Counted from the first letter of the stretch, positions 32,510 to 44,715 are shown. The stretch is 64,000 nucleotides of DNA from Escherichia coli (GCF_044324785.1 NZ_CP172127.1), one strand, 5' to 3'. Made by a program: numbers and translations. The notes: a model not told the origin generated them from the sequence alone.

Positions 32510-32878
32510 GTGGTTTATCCCCTTTTTGCCGCGATTATAAAGGGGATATCCAACAATAACCCCACGACTCATCTCAATTATCTCGTCACGACCAGGCAAA
32601 GCCCCAGCCCGGTCTCTTGCAGTCGCGTTCACGCCTGAATGACTTCTCCTGAACTTAAGTCTCAGACCTATTTGGCCGGTAATCCCTCTCAAATTTGCTC
32701 ATTTTGCGTTCCGCCTTCCATCAACCTGTAACAGATCCAGCCATTTTCTGCGTAATTGTGATCTCAGTTGTAAAACGCAGATCATTATCTGTGTTTTGCA
32801 GATTTAATGTTGACCTCAAAAATCATGTGGGTAAGTATGATGACCATCTAAGCAAAACAAAACACAGAGGATGACGCA

Positions 32879-33955
32879 ATGAAAGCACTGGCTCGGTTTG
32901 GCAAAGCCTTTGGCGGCTACAAGATGATCGATGTGCCACAACCCATTTGTGGCCCGGAAGATGTAGTGATTGAAATTAAAGCCGCGGCAATCTGCGGCGC
33001 AGACATGAAGCACTACAATGTCGATAGCGGTTCTGATGAGTTTAACTCTATCCGCGGCCATGAGTTCGCAGGTTGTATTACGCAGGTTGGTGAAAAAGTC
33101 AAAGACTGGAAAGTGGGGCAACGCGTCGTGTCGGATAACAGCGGTCACGTCTGCGGCGTTTGTCCGGCCTGTGAACAAGGTGATTTTCTGTGTTGTACAG
33201 AAAAAGTAAACCTTGGTCTGGATAACAATACCTGGGGCGGTGGTTTTTCCAAATATTGTCTGGTTCCTGGCGAAATTCTCAAAATTCATCGTCATGCGTT
33301 GTGGGAAATCCCTGATGGTGTTGATTATGAGGACGCAGCCGTACTTGACCCTATCTGTAATGCCTACAAATCCATCGCGCAGCAATCGAAATTCCTTCCT
33401 GGTCAGGATGTGGTCGTCATCGGCACTGGCCCACTCGGGCTGTTCTCCGTACAAATGGCGCGGATTATGGGGGCGGTAAATATCGTCGTCGTTGGTCTGC
33501 AAGAAGATGTGGCGGTCCGCTTTCCGGTTGCAAAAGAACTGGGTGCGACGGCTGTAGTAAATGGTTCTACCGAAGATGTGGTGGCGCGCTGCCAGCAAAT
33601 TTGTGGCAAAGACAATCTGGGACTGGTGATTGAATGCTCCGGTGCCAATATCGCACTGAAACAAGCCATCGAAATGCTCCGCCCGAACGGGGAAGTGGTA
33701 CGCGTTGGAATGGGCTTCAAACCTCTTGATTTCTCGATTAATGACATTACCGCCTGGAACAAAAGCATCATTGGGCATATGGCCTATGACTCCACCTCAT
33801 GGCGTAACGCTCTCCGGCTATTAGCCAGCGGCGCTATCAAAGTCAAACCGATGATCACGCATCGTATCGGCCTGTCGCAATGGCGCGAAGGGTTTGAAGC
33901 GATGGTCGATAAAACCGCAATCAAAGTGATCATGACTTACGACTTTGATGAATAA
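32879..33955 (+). CDS. ydjL: zinc-dependent MDR-family alcohol/polyol dehydrogenase YdjL
   Basis: 358 aa; catalytic Zn motif GHEFAG and structural Zn Cys cluster CGVCPACEQGDFLCC. Confidence 0.85.
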   Translation: MKALARFGKAFGGYKMIDVPQPICGPEDVVIEIKAAAICGADMKHYNVDSGSDEFNSIRGHEFAGCITQVGEKVKDWKVGQRVVSDNSGHVCGVCPACEQGDFLCCTEKVNLGLDNNTWGGGFSKYCLVPGEILKIHRHALWEIPDGVDYEDAAVLDPICNAYKSIAQQSKFLPGQDVVVIGTGPLGLFSVQMARIMGAVNIVVVGLQEDVAVRFPVAKELGATAVVNGSTEDVVARCQQICGKDNLGLVIECSGANIALKQAIEMLRPNGEVVRVGMGFKPLDFSINDITAWNKSIIGHMAYDSTSWRNALRLLASGAIKVKPMITHRIGLSQWREGFEAMVDKTAIKVIMTYDFDE

Positions 33956-33981
33956 CTACTCTCCTGAAGGAACGTTATCGC

Positions 33982-35361
33982 ATGGAACAGATAACAAAAC
34001 CGCATTGTGGTGCACGGCTGGATCGCTTACCGGATTGCCGCTGGCATTCGTCAATGTTTGCTATCGTCGCGTTTGGCTTGCTTGTCTGCTGGAGTAATGC
34101 CGTTGGTGGCTTGATCCTCGCGCAGCTGAAAGAGTTGGGCTGGACAGATAATTCCACCACTGCCACATTCTCAGCAATCACGACCGCCGGAATGTTTCTC
34201 GGTGCGCTGGTTGGCGGCATCATCGGTGACAAAACCGGTCGCAGAAATGCGTTCATCCTCTATGAGGCCATTCATATTGCCTCGATGGTGGTCGGTGCTT
34301 TTTCACCGAATATGGATTTCCTTATTGCCTGCCGTTTTGTGATGGGCGTTGGGCTGGGAGCTTTACTGGTGACGCTGTTTGCTGGGTTCACCGAATATAT
34401 GCCCGGTAGAAATCGCGGAACGTGGTCCAGTCGGGTTTCCTTTATTGGCAACTGGTCATATCCGCTCTGTTCATTGATTGCGATGGGACTCACGCCGCTG
34501 ATTAGTGCTGAGTGGAACTGGCGGGTACAACTGCTTATCCCTGCAATATTGTCGCTTATCGCTACGGCGCTGGCCTGGCGCTACTTTCCTGAATCCCCGC
34601 GCTGGCTGGAATCGCGCGGACGGTATCAGGAAGCCGAGAAAGTCATGCGGAGTATAGAAGAAGGCGTCATACGCCAGACGGGTAAACCTTTGCCGCCCGT
34701 GGTTATTGCTGATGACGGTAAAGCGCCACAAGCGGTGCCGTATTCAGCCTTACTGACAGGCGTATTACTGAAACGCGTGATATTAGGTTCTTGTGTGCTG
34801 ATTGCCATGAACGTTGTGCAGTACACACTAATTAACTGGTTGCCAACGATATTCATGACCCAGGGGATTAATTTAAAAGACTCGATTGTTTTAAATACCA
34901 TGAGTATGTTTGGCGCGCCATTTGGTATTTTTATTGCCATGCTGGTGATGGATAAAATTCCGCGTAAAACAATGGGTGTGGGGCTATTAATCCTGATTGC
35001 GGTGCTCGGATATATCTATTCACTGCAAACCAGTATGTTGCTCATAACGTTGATTGGTTTCTTCCTGATTACTTTCGTCTATATGTACGTTTGCTATGCC
35101 TCGGCAGTGTATGTCCCTGAAATCTGGCCGACAGAGGCCAAACTCCGTGGCTCCGGTCTGGCGAATGCGGTAGGGCGAATCAGTGGTATTGCCGCACCTT
35201 ATGCCGTTGCAGTGCTGCTCAGTAGTTATGGCGTAACGGGAGTCTTTATTCTTCTGGGGGCGGTTTCAATTATTGTCGCAATTGCTATCGCCACCATTGG
35301 AATTGAAACCAAAGGTGTCTCCGTTGAAAGTTTAAGTATTGATGCAGTAGTCAATAAATAA
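33982..35361 (+). CDS. ydjK: MFS sugar/metabolite transporter YdjK
   Basis: 459-aa 12-TM ORF with MFS motif GDKTGRR between TM2 and TM3. Confidence 0.85.
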   Translation: MEQITKPHCGARLDRLPDCRWHSSMFAIVAFGLLVCWSNAVGGLILAQLKELGWTDNSTTATFSAITTAGMFLGALVGGIIGDKTGRRNAFILYEAIHIASMVVGAFSPNMDFLIACRFVMGVGLGALLVTLFAGFTEYMPGRNRGTWSSRVSFIGNWSYPLCSLIAMGLTPLISAEWNWRVQLLIPAILSLIATALAWRYFPESPRWLESRGRYQEAEKVMRSIEEGVIRQTGKPLPPVVIADDGKAPQAVPYSALLTGVLLKRVILGSCVLIAMNVVQYTLINWLPTIFMTQGINLKDSIVLNTMSMFGAPFGIFIAMLVMDKIPRKTMGVGLLILIAVLGYIYSLQTSMLLITLIGFFLITFVYMYVCYASAVYVPEIWPTEAKLRGSGLANAVGRISGIAAPYAVAVLLSSYGVTGVFILLGAVSIIVAIAIATIGIETKGVSVESLSIDAVVNK

Positions 35362-35377
35362 TACTGGTGGATTCAAA

Positions 35378-36421
35378 ATGAAAAATTCAAAAGCAATATT
35401 GCAGGTGCCGGGCACAATGAAAATTATTTCAGCAGAAATACCTGTGCCTAAAGAAGATGAAGTTTTGATTAAAGTGGAATATGTCGGTATTTGTGGTTCA
35501 GATGTACATGGTTTTGAATCAGGCCCGTTTATTCCGCCTAAAGACCCAAATCAAGAAATTGGCCTGGGACATGAATGCGCCGGGACGGTTGTGGCTGTGG
35601 GAAGCCGTGTGCGCAAATTTAAAGCGGGGGATCGGGTAAATATCGAACCTGGCGTTCCTTGCGGTCACTGTCGTTACTGTCTGGAAGGCAAATATAACAT
35701 CTGCCCGGACGTTGATTTTATGGCGACACAACCTAACTACCGCGGCGCATTAACGCACTATCTGTGTCATCCGGAGAGCTTTACTTACAAACTGCCCGAC
35801 AATATGGACACGATGGAAGGGGCGCTGGTGGAGCCTGCCGCAGTCGGGATGCATGCCGCGATGCTGGCAGATGTTAAACCGGGTAAGAAGATAATTATTC
35901 TGGGAGCGGGTTGTATTGGTTTGATGACGTTGCAAGCGTGCAAATGCCTGGGAGCAACGGAAATTGCCGTCGTTGATGTACTGGAAAAACGTCTGGCAAT
36001 GGCGGAACAGCTTGGTGCGACAGTGGTTATTAACGGCGCAAAAGAAGACACTATTGCACGCTGTCAGCAATTTACCGAAGACATGGGCGAAGATATTGTT
36101 TTCGAAACAGCGGGTTCTGCGGTCACCGTTAAACAGGCACCTTATCTGGTAATGCGCGGCGGTAAAATTATGATTGTTGGTACTGTACCGGGCGATTCGG
36201 CAATCAATTTCCTCAAAATCAATCGCGAAGTCACTATCCAGACAGTATTCCGCTATGCCAATCGTTATCCGGTCACGATTGAAGCTATTTCCACAGGGCG
36301 ATTCGATGTGAAATCGATGGTGACACATATTTACGATTATCAGGATGTACAACAGGCATTTGAAGAGTCGGTTAACAACAAACGCGACATTATTAAAGGC
36401 GTTATTAAAATTAGCGATTAA
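35378..36421 (+). CDS. ydjJ: zinc-dependent MDR-family dehydrogenase YdjJ
   Basis: 347 aa; GHECAG and CGHCRYC zinc motifs; Rossmann GAGCIG. Confidence 0.85.
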   Translation: MKNSKAILQVPGTMKIISAEIPVPKEDEVLIKVEYVGICGSDVHGFESGPFIPPKDPNQEIGLGHECAGTVVAVGSRVRKFKAGDRVNIEPGVPCGHCRYCLEGKYNICPDVDFMATQPNYRGALTHYLCHPESFTYKLPDNMDTMEGALVEPAAVGMHAAMLADVKPGKKIIILGAGCIGLMTLQACKCLGATEIAVVDVLEKRLAMAEQLGATVVINGAKEDTIARCQQFTEDMGEDIVFETAGSAVTVKQAPYLVMRGGKIMIVGTVPGDSAINFLKINREVTIQTVFRYANRYPVTIEAISTGRFDVKSMVTHIYDYQDVQQAFEESVNNKRDIIKGVIKISD

Positions 36422-36441
36422 TTAATACGGGAGAACAGAAT

Positions 36442-37278
36442 ATGCTCGCAGATATCAGATATTGGGAAAACGATGCCACAAATAAACATTATGCAATTGC
36501 CCATTTTAACGTATGGAATGCAGAAATGTTGATGGGCGTTATCGACGCAGCCGAAGAAGCGAAATCACCGGTTATTATTTCTTTTGGTACAGGTTTTGTC
36601 GGCAACACCTCATTTGAAGATTTCTCTCACATGATGGTATCAATGGCACAAAAAGCAACGGTGCCGGTAATAACTCATTGGGATCATGGTCGGAGTATGG
36701 AGATTATTCATAACGCCTGGACTCATGGTATGAATTCATTAATGCGTGATGCTTCCGCGTTTGATTTCGAAGAAAATATTCGTTTAACCAAAGAGGCTGT
36801 TGATTTTTTCCATCCGCTGGGTATTCCGGTAGAGGCGGAATTAGGGCATGTCGGTAATGAAACCGTTTATGAGGAAGCTCTGGCGGGCTATCACTATACC
36901 GATCCTGACCAGGCGGCTGAATTTGTTGAACGTACGGGCTGTGACTCATTGGCTGTCGCCATCGGCAACCAGCATGGGGTTTATACGTCAGAGCCACAAT
37001 TGAACTTTGAGGTCGTCAAACGCGTACGCGATGCCGTTTCTGTTCCGCTGGTTTTGCACGGTGCATCGGGGATCAGTGATGCCGACATTAAAACTGCAAT
37101 TTCGTTGGGTATCGCGAAAATCAACATTCATACGGAGCTCTGTCAGGCCGCAATGGTAACAGTGAAAGAAAACCAGGATCAGCCTTTCCTGCATTTAGAA
37201 CGTGAAGTACGTAAAGCTGTAAAAGAACGGGCATTGGAAAAAATTAAACTGTTCGGTTCTGATGGCAAAGCGGAATAA
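36442..37278 (+). CDS. ydjI: class II (metal-dependent) aldolase YdjI
   Basis: 278-aa ORF with class II fructose-bisphosphate/tagatose-bisphosphate aldolase family features. Confidence 0.8.
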   Translation: MLADIRYWENDATNKHYAIAHFNVWNAEMLMGVIDAAEEAKSPVIISFGTGFVGNTSFEDFSHMMVSMAQKATVPVITHWDHGRSMEIIHNAWTHGMNSLMRDASAFDFEENIRLTKEAVDFFHPLGIPVEAELGHVGNETVYEEALAGYHYTDPDQAAEFVERTGCDSLAVAIGNQHGVYTSEPQLNFEVVKRVRDAVSVPLVLHGASGISDADIKTAISLGIAKINIHTELCQAAMVTVKENQDQPFLHLEREVRKAVKERALEKIKLFGSDGKAE

Positions 37279-37282
37279 TGAT

Positions 37283-38230
37283 ATGGATAATCTCGACGTT
37301 ATTTGTATAGGTGCCGCTATTGTTGATATTCCATTGCAACCGGTCAGTAAAAATATCTTTGATGTGGATTCTTATCCTCTTGAAAGAATCGCAATGACCA
37401 CCGGGGGTGATGCAATAAATGAAGCAACAATTATTTCTCGTCTGGGCCATCGCACAGCATTAATGAGTCGTATTGGTAAAGATGCCGCCGGGCAATTTAT
37501 TCTCGACCATTGCCGCAAAGAGAATATTGATATTCAAAACCTGAAGCAGGACGTCAGCATAGATACCTCTATTAACGTTGGACTGGTGACGGAGGATGGC
37601 GAGCGGACGTTTGTTACAAACCGTAACGGCAGTCTGTGGAAATTGAATATTGACGATGTTGATTTTTCGCGGTTTTCTCAGGCGAAATTATTATCACTGG
37701 CCAGTATTTTCAACAGTCCTCTATTGGATGGTAAAGCGCTAACAGAAATTTTTACGCAAGCTAAAGCCCGGCAGATGATTATCTGTGCCGATATGATCAA
37801 ACCGCGGTTGAATGAAACGCTGGATGATATTTGCGAAGCATTGAGTTATGTCGATTATCTGTTTCCTAATTTTGCCGAGGCAAAATTACTCACCGGGAAA
37901 GAGACACTGGATGAAATTGCTGACTGCTTTCTTGCGTGCGGCGTAAAAACGGTGGTGATTAAAACGGGTAAAGACGGCTGCTTTATCAAGCGTGGTGACA
38001 TGACGATGAAGGTGCCGGCGGTCGCAGGAATAACCGCCATCGACACTATTGGCGCAGGCGATAACTTTGCTTCTGGCTTTATAGCGGCTCTGTTAGAAGG
38101 CAAAAATCTGCGTGAATGCGCACGCTTTGCCAATGCAACGGCTGCTATTTCGGTTTTAAGCGTCGGTGCCACCACCGGTGTAAAAAACAGAAAGCTGGTC
38201 GAACAATTGCTGGAAGAATACGAAGGATAA
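37283..38230 (+). CDS. ydjH: PfkB-family sugar kinase YdjH
   Basis: 315 aa from ATG 37283; ribokinase-family motif DTIGAGDNFASGF. Confidence 0.85.
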   Translation: MDNLDVICIGAAIVDIPLQPVSKNIFDVDSYPLERIAMTTGGDAINEATIISRLGHRTALMSRIGKDAAGQFILDHCRKENIDIQNLKQDVSIDTSINVGLVTEDGERTFVTNRNGSLWKLNIDDVDFSRFSQAKLLSLASIFNSPLLDGKALTEIFTQAKARQMIICADMIKPRLNETLDDICEALSYVDYLFPNFAEAKLLTGKETLDEIADCFLACGVKTVVIKTGKDGCFIKRGDMTMKVPAVAGITAIDTIGAGDNFASGFIAALLEGKNLRECARFANATAAISVLSVGATTGVKNRKLVEQLLEEYEG

Positions 38231-38239
38231 TGAAGGCAA

Positions 38240-39220
38240 ATGAAAAAGATACCTTTAGGCACAACGGATATAACGCTTTCGCGAATGGGGTTGGGGACAT
38301 GGGCCATTGGCGGCGGTCCTGCATGGAATGGCGATCTCGATCGGCAAATATGTATTGATACGATTCTTGAAGCCCATCGTTGCGGCATTAACCTGATTGA
38401 TACTGCGCCAGGATATAACTTTGGCAATAGTGAAGTTATCGTCGGTCAGGCGTTAAAAAAACTGCCCCGTGAACAGGTTGTAGTAGAAACCAAATGCGGC
38501 ATTGTCTGGGAACGAAAAGGGAGTTTATTCAACAAAGTTGGCGATCGGCAGTTGTATAAAAACCTTTCCCCGGAATCTATCCGCGAAGAGGTAGAAGCCA
38601 GCTTGCAACGTCTGGGTATTGATTACATCGATATCTACATGACGCACTGGCAGTCGGTGCCGCCATTTTTTACGCCGATCGCTGAAACTGTCGCAGTGCT
38701 CAATGAGTTAAAGGCCGAAGGGAAAATTCGCGCTATCGGCGCTGCTAACGTCGATGCTGACCATATCCGCGAGTATCTGCAATATGGTGAACTGGATATT
38801 ATTCAGGCGAAATACAGTATCCTCGACCGGGCAATGGAAAGCGAACTGCTGCCGCTATGTCGTGATAATGGCATTGTGGTTCAGGTTTATTCCCCGCTAG
38901 AGCAGGGATTGTTGACCGGTACCATCACTCGTGATTACGTTCCGGGCGGCGCTCGGGCAAATAAAGTCTGGTTCCAGCGTGAAAACATGCTGAAAGTGAT
39001 TGATATGCTTGAACAGTGGCAGCCACTCTGTGCTCGTTATCAGTGCACAATTCCCACTCTGGCACTGGCGTGGATATTAAAACAGAGTGATTTAATCTCC
39101 ATTCTTAGTGGGGCTACTGCACCGGAACAGGTACGCGAAAATGTCGCGGCATTGAATATCAACTTATCGGATGCAGACGCAACATTGATGAGGGAAATGG
39201 CAGAGGCCCTGGAGCGTTAA
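38240..39220 (+). CDS. ydjG: aldo-keto reductase YdjG
   Basis: 326-aa AKR-fold ORF 10 nt after ydjH. Confidence 0.85.
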   Translation: MKKIPLGTTDITLSRMGLGTWAIGGGPAWNGDLDRQICIDTILEAHRCGINLIDTAPGYNFGNSEVIVGQALKKLPREQVVVETKCGIVWERKGSLFNKVGDRQLYKNLSPESIREEVEASLQRLGIDYIDIYMTHWQSVPPFFTPIAETVAVLNELKAEGKIRAIGAANVDADHIREYLQYGELDIIQAKYSILDRAMESELLPLCRDNGIVVQVYSPLEQGLLTGTITRDYVPGGARANKVWFQRENMLKVIDMLEQWQPLCARYQCTIPTLALAWILKQSDLISILSGATAPEQVRENVAALNINLSDADATLMREMAEALER

Positions 39221-39246
39221 ATACTCAACACGATTCACCTCTGTTT

Positions 39247-39274
39247 CTGTGAAAACTGTGATGAAAATCTGTGA
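39247..39274. promoter_or_regulatory. three direct CTGTGA repeats upstream of ydjF (candidate operator)
   Basis: CTGTGA at 39247, 39256 and 39269, with a fourth TGTGAT at 39327; about 85 bp before the ydjF GTG start. Confidence 0.35.
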
Positions 39275-39356
39275 TTCAAACAGGTTATTTTGAAAGTAAA
39301 CATCGGTTATGCGATAATCGCGCTAATGTGATGTAAAAAGATACAGGGGTGTAATC

Positions 39357-40115
39357 GTGGCGGCAAAAGACAGGATTCAGGCAATTAAGCAAATGGTTGC
39401 CAACGATAAAAAGGTGACAGTCTCAAATTTGAGTGGGATTTTTCAAGTAACCGAAGAAACCATTCGCCGCGATCTTGAGAAGCTGGAAGATGAAGGCTTT
39501 TTGACCAGAACCTATGGTGGTGCTGTTTTAAATACAGCGATGTTGACGGAGAATATCCATTTTTATAAGCGCGCTTCATCGTTTTATGAAGAGAAGCAGC
39601 TTATTGCACGCAAGGCACTACCCTTTATCGACAATAAAACCACTATGGCAGCCGATTCCAGTAGTACCGTTATGGAATTGCTCAAATTGTTGCAGGACCG
39701 TAGTGACCTGACGTTGCTAACCAACTCGGCGGAAGCGATTCATGTTCTGGCTCAATCAGAAATTAAAGTCGTTTCAACGGGGGGGGAACTAAACAAAAAT
39801 ACACTTTCCCTGCAAGGAAGAATTACTAAAGAGATCATCAGCCGCTACCATGTCGATATCATGGTAATGAGTTGTAAAGGTCTTGATATTAACAGCGGCG
39901 CGCTGGACTCTAACGAAGCGGAAGCTGAAATCAAAAAGACAATGATCCGTCAGGCGACAGAAGTTGCGTTATTGGTTGATCACTCTAAGTTTGATCGCAA
40001 AGCTTTTGTCCAGTTAGCTGACTTTAGTCATATTAATTACATAATAACTGATAAATCACCGGGTGCAGAGTGGATAGCATTTTGCAAAGACAATAATATC
40101 CAGCTGGTGTGGTAA
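39357..40115 (+). CDS. ydjF: DeoR-family transcriptional regulator YdjF
   Basis: 252 aa; GTG start; N-terminal HTH and C-terminal DeoR sugar-binding domain. Confidence 0.85.
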   Translation: MAAKDRIQAIKQMVANDKKVTVSNLSGIFQVTEETIRRDLEKLEDEGFLTRTYGGAVLNTAMLTENIHFYKRASSFYEEKQLIARKALPFIDNKTTMAADSSSTVMELLKLLQDRSDLTLLTNSAEAIHVLAQSEIKVVSTGGELNKNTLSLQGRITKEIISRYHVDIMVMSCKGLDINSGALDSNEAEAEIKKTMIRQATEVALLVDHSKFDRKAFVQLADFSHINYIITDKSPGAEWIAFCKDNNIQLVW

Positions 40116-40231
40116 TTTAAGCACACGTTGTCAATATTATTTGTTCCTGCGCCTGGAAATAAAATGATGATAAAGATGCGGCAAGTGAATTTGCCGCAAT
40201 TGCTACCTTTTTAGCAAATCCGAGGCACCTA

Positions 40232-41510
40232 ATGGAACAATATGATCAAATTGGCGCAAGACTGGACCGCTTGCCTTTGGCCCGGTTTCATTATCGTATA
40301 TTTGGTATTATAAGCTTTAGTCTGTTATTAACGGGTTTTTTGAGTTATTCAGGCAATGTTGTTTTAGCAAAGCTGGTAAGCAATGGATGGTCAAATAATT
40401 TCCTCAATGCCGCCTTTACCTCGGCATTAATGTTTGGTTATTTCATCGGCTCTCTTACCGGTGGGTTCATCGGTGATTATTTTGGGCGGCGCAGGGCTTT
40501 TCGCATAAATCTTCTCATCGTCGGTATTGCGGCAACAGGGGCCGCTTTTGTCCCTGATATGTACTGGCTCATCTTCTTTCGCTTCCTGATGGGCACAGGA
40601 ATGGGGGCGCTGATTATGGTTGGCTATGCTTCGTTTACGGAGTTTATCCCCGCGACGGTGCGTGGAAAATGGTCCGCGCGGCTCTCATTTGTCGGTAACT
40701 GGTCGCCCATGTTGTCTGCGGCGATAGGCGTGGTGGTTATCGCTTTTTTTAGTTGGCGGATAATGTTTCTGCTGGGTGGTATTGGCATACTGTTAGCCTG
40801 GTTTCTCTCAGGTAAATACTTTATTGAGTCGCCTCGATGGTTGGCGGGGAAAGGACAAATCGCAGGTGCAGAAAGCCAACTTCGTGAAGTAGAGCAGCAA
40901 ATTGAAAGAGAGAAGAGTGTTCGTTTACCCCCGCTTACTTTGAATCAGAGCAACAGCAAGGCTAACATAATCAATGGTACTTTCTGGCTGCTGTTTAAAG
41001 GGAAAATGTTACGACGTACATTAGTCGCGATTACTGTTTTAATTGCAATGAACATTTCACTTTATACCATCACCGTATGGATACCGACCATATTTGTTAA
41101 CTCCGGCATTGATGTCGATAAATCAATATTAATGACTGCTGTTATTATGATTGGTGCTCCGGTAGGAATATTTATTGCGGCATTAATTATTGATCATTTT
41201 CCTCGTCGATTATTTGGCTCCGCCTTACTTATTATTATTGCCGTGTTAGGCTATATCTATTCAATTCAGACTACAGAGTGGGCGATTTTAATCTATGGCC
41301 TGGTGATGATCTTCTTTTTATACATGTATGTTTGCTTCGCGTCGGCGGTTTATATCCCGGAGCTTTGGCCAACGCATTTACGCCTGCGCGGTTCAGGTTT
41401 CGTTAATGCCGTCGGACGGATCGTCGCGGTCTTCACGCCTTATGGCGTTGCGGCACTATTAACGCATTATGGGTCAATCACGGTGTTTATAGTGCTTGGC
41501 GTGATGTTAG

Positions 41511-41533
<23 letters not shown>
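40232..41533 (+). pseudogene. ydjE: MFS transporter ydjE, 3'-truncated by IS5 insertion
   Basis: Reading frame enters IS5 at codon 427 and ends after 7 IS-encoded residues (GKVRTSP); the displaced final 26 codons continue in frame at 42706..42789. Confidence 0.75.
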
Positions 41534-42705
<1,172 letters not shown>

Positions 42706-42789
42706 TTAGTGCTCTGTGCGCTGGTTCTCTCCATTTTTGGCATCGAAACGCGGAAGGTGTCATTGGAAGAGATTTCTGAGGTGAATTAA
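42706..42789 (+). other. ydjE: displaced 3' remnant of ydjE (last 26 codons plus stop)
   Basis: Joining 41510 to 42710 restores an in-frame MFS C-terminus ...VMLVLCALVLSIFGIETRKVSLEEISEVN, total 452 aa. Confidence 0.7.
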
Positions 42790-42839
42790 ATCTTTCGTTG
42801 ATGGCGTCAATTGCCAGAGGTACCACTGACGTGTTTTAT

Positions 42840-42874
42840 CTGGCCTACAATGGCAGTACAGAATTGTAGGCCAG
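42840..42874. repeat. REP-like palindrome between ydjE and pncA
   Basis: CTGGCCTACAAT...ATTGTAGGCCAG perfect 12-bp stem with 11-nt loop, 8 nt before the pncA stop. Confidence 0.5.
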
Positions 42875-42881
42875 CATAAAA

Positions 42882-43523
42882 TTACTCCTGCGTCTCTTCC
42901 CAGTCTGCCAGCGTATATAGCGTTGCCCCAGCTGCTGACATCTCCATAAACGCGTGCGCACTGTCCTGGGGCTGGATATTCACGCCACGACAACCATCGG
43001 TAATCACGTTTACCTTATAACCTAACTGTAACGCGTCCAGCACGGTAAACTTCACGCAATAGTCAGTAGCCAGGCCCATAACGATCAATTCATCGATTTC
43101 ATGATCGCGTAACCAGTCATCGAGAGAGGTTTTCTGCCGACGGCCGTTATCAAAAAAGGCACTGTAACTGTCAACTAAAAGATTTTCGCCTTTATGGAAC
43201 ACCGCTGCGATCGCTTTTTGGTTCAGTAACGGATGTAATTGTGCGCCTTCACTGTTCTGCACACAGTGATCTGGCCAGAAGGTTTGTGGCAAACCGTCGA
43301 GTTGGCCTGGCGTATAAGGCTCTACACCGTGCTGACTGGCAAAACTGCCGTGATTCGCCGGGTGCCAGTCCTGACTGGCGATAACCGCTTCACCGCGCGA
43401 CTGGCACCAGTCAATCAGGCGGTTAGCGACATCCACCGTACTGTCACCTTCCGGCACGGCGAGCGCGCCACCAGCACAGAAATCATTTTGTAAATCGACC
43501 AGTAACAGGGCGCGAGGGGGCAT
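42882..43523 (-). CDS. pncA: nicotinamidase/pyrazinamidase PncA
   Basis: 213-aa product MPPRALLLVDLQNDF from ATG 43523; isochorismatase-like fold. Confidence 0.9.
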   Translation of the reverse strand: MPPRALLLVDLQNDFCAGGALAVPEGDSTVDVANRLIDWCQSRGEAVIASQDWHPANHGSFASQHGVEPYTPGQLDGLPQTFWPDHCVQNSEGAQLHPLLNQKAIAAVFHKGENLLVDSYSAFFDNGRRQKTSLDDWLRDHEIDELIVMGLATDYCVKFTVLDALQLGYKVNVITDGCRGVNIQPQDSAHAFMEMSAAGATLYTLADWEETQE

Positions 43524-43533
43524 TGCAGTCTCC

Positions 43534-44550
43534 TTAATCATCCGGCGTCAGTTCGCCGCGCAGGTTTTGGCTCATGGCCTTGCGAATGGTTTCAGTATCC
43601 AGTTCCTGGCTAAGCAGGTAATGCAGTTTGGTTAGCGTGGCTTCTACAGTCATATCTGCACCGCCAATAACGCCGGCATGGGCGAGGGCGTTACCAGTGG
43701 CATACCCCCCCATGTTCACTTTACCGGACATACATTGTGTCAGGTTGACCACCACAATACCGCGATCGCTGGCTTCTTGTAATTCCTGCAGGAAGGCTTT
43801 GTTTTGTGGCGCATTACCCACGCCATATGAGCGCAGAATCAATGCTTTCACCGGTTGGCGCAGAAAATTGCGCACGACGTCAGCAGAAATCCCCGGATAA
43901 ATCGTCACTACGCCAATTGGTTGTGGCGTGATTGGATGAACGATCAATTCCCCTTCACCGTGCGGGGCGGGTGGCGTATTCAAACGACGAATATGGATAC
44001 CTGCTTCCAGTAACGGAGGAAGGTTTGGAGAGGCAAACGCATCAAAACCATCGGCATGGGCTTTGGTAGTGCGGTTGCCGCGATACAATCGGTTATTGAA
44101 AAAGAGCGTTACTTCGTTGATCGGATAATTCGCCGCAACGTACAACGCATTCAGCAGATTAATTTGTCCGTCAGAGCGTAACTCAGCCAGCGGGATTTGT
44201 GACCCTGTCACAATGACCGGTTTACCGAGATTCTCGAGCATGAACGACAGTGCAGAGGCGGTATACGCCATCGTGTCGGTGCCGTGCAGAATGACAAAAC
44301 CATCATAGTCGTCATAGTGCGCTTTAATATCTTCAGCAATATGCTGCCAGTCTTCTGGCGTCATATCAGAAGAATCCATCAGCGGCGTATATTCATGAAT
44401 GGTGAAATCTGGCATCTCCGGGCGATGGAATTCCGGCATCAGCGCCAGTTGGCGTTGTAGATGACCTGACACCGGAATATAACCCTGCTCGGAACGCTGC
44501 ATCCCGATGGTCCCGCCCGTGTAGGCGACGTAAATTGATTTCTTTTGCAT
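43534..44550 (-). CDS. ansA: cytoplasmic L-asparaginase I
   Basis: 338 aa from ATG 44550; asparaginase motif VAYTGGTIGM; 10-nt gap to pncA. Confidence 0.9.
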   Translation of the reverse strand: MQKKSIYVAYTGGTIGMQRSEQGYIPVSGHLQRQLALMPEFHRPEMPDFTIHEYTPLMDSSDMTPEDWQHIAEDIKAHYDDYDGFVILHGTDTMAYTASALSFMLENLGKPVIVTGSQIPLAELRSDGQINLLNALYVAANYPINEVTLFFNNRLYRGNRTTKAHADGFDAFASPNLPPLLEAGIHIRRLNTPPAPHGEGELIVHPITPQPIGVVTIYPGISADVVRNFLRQPVKALILRSYGVGNAPQNKAFLQELQEASDRGIVVVNLTQCMSGKVNMGGYATGNALAHAGVIGGADMTVEATLTKLHYLLSQELDTETIRKAMSQNLRGELTPDD

Positions 44551-44715
44551 GATATTGATATGAATGATATCGAAAGAGCAAAAGTATATACGTGAGGCAG
44601 GGGGAGCGCACCTGATACTATGCGGATAAGGAAATATGGGGCGAGACAGCGGGAAGAGGATTCGTAGAGGTAAAAATAATGTGGCCGACGATCTGTCGGC
44701 CAATCAGTACAAGAC

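Noticed and set aside
32516-32548. Hairpin TATCCCCTTT...AAAGGGGATA after the yeaC stop as an intrinsic terminator
   Set aside because: The 13-nt loop and absence of a downstream U-tract make Rho-independent termination unlikely; it may still be a structural or REP-like element.
32816-33778. 320-aa minus-strand ORF covering most of ydjL
   Set aside because: Antisense shadow of ydjL with no recognisable domain or start context; the plus-strand frame carries clear Zn-dehydrogenase motifs.
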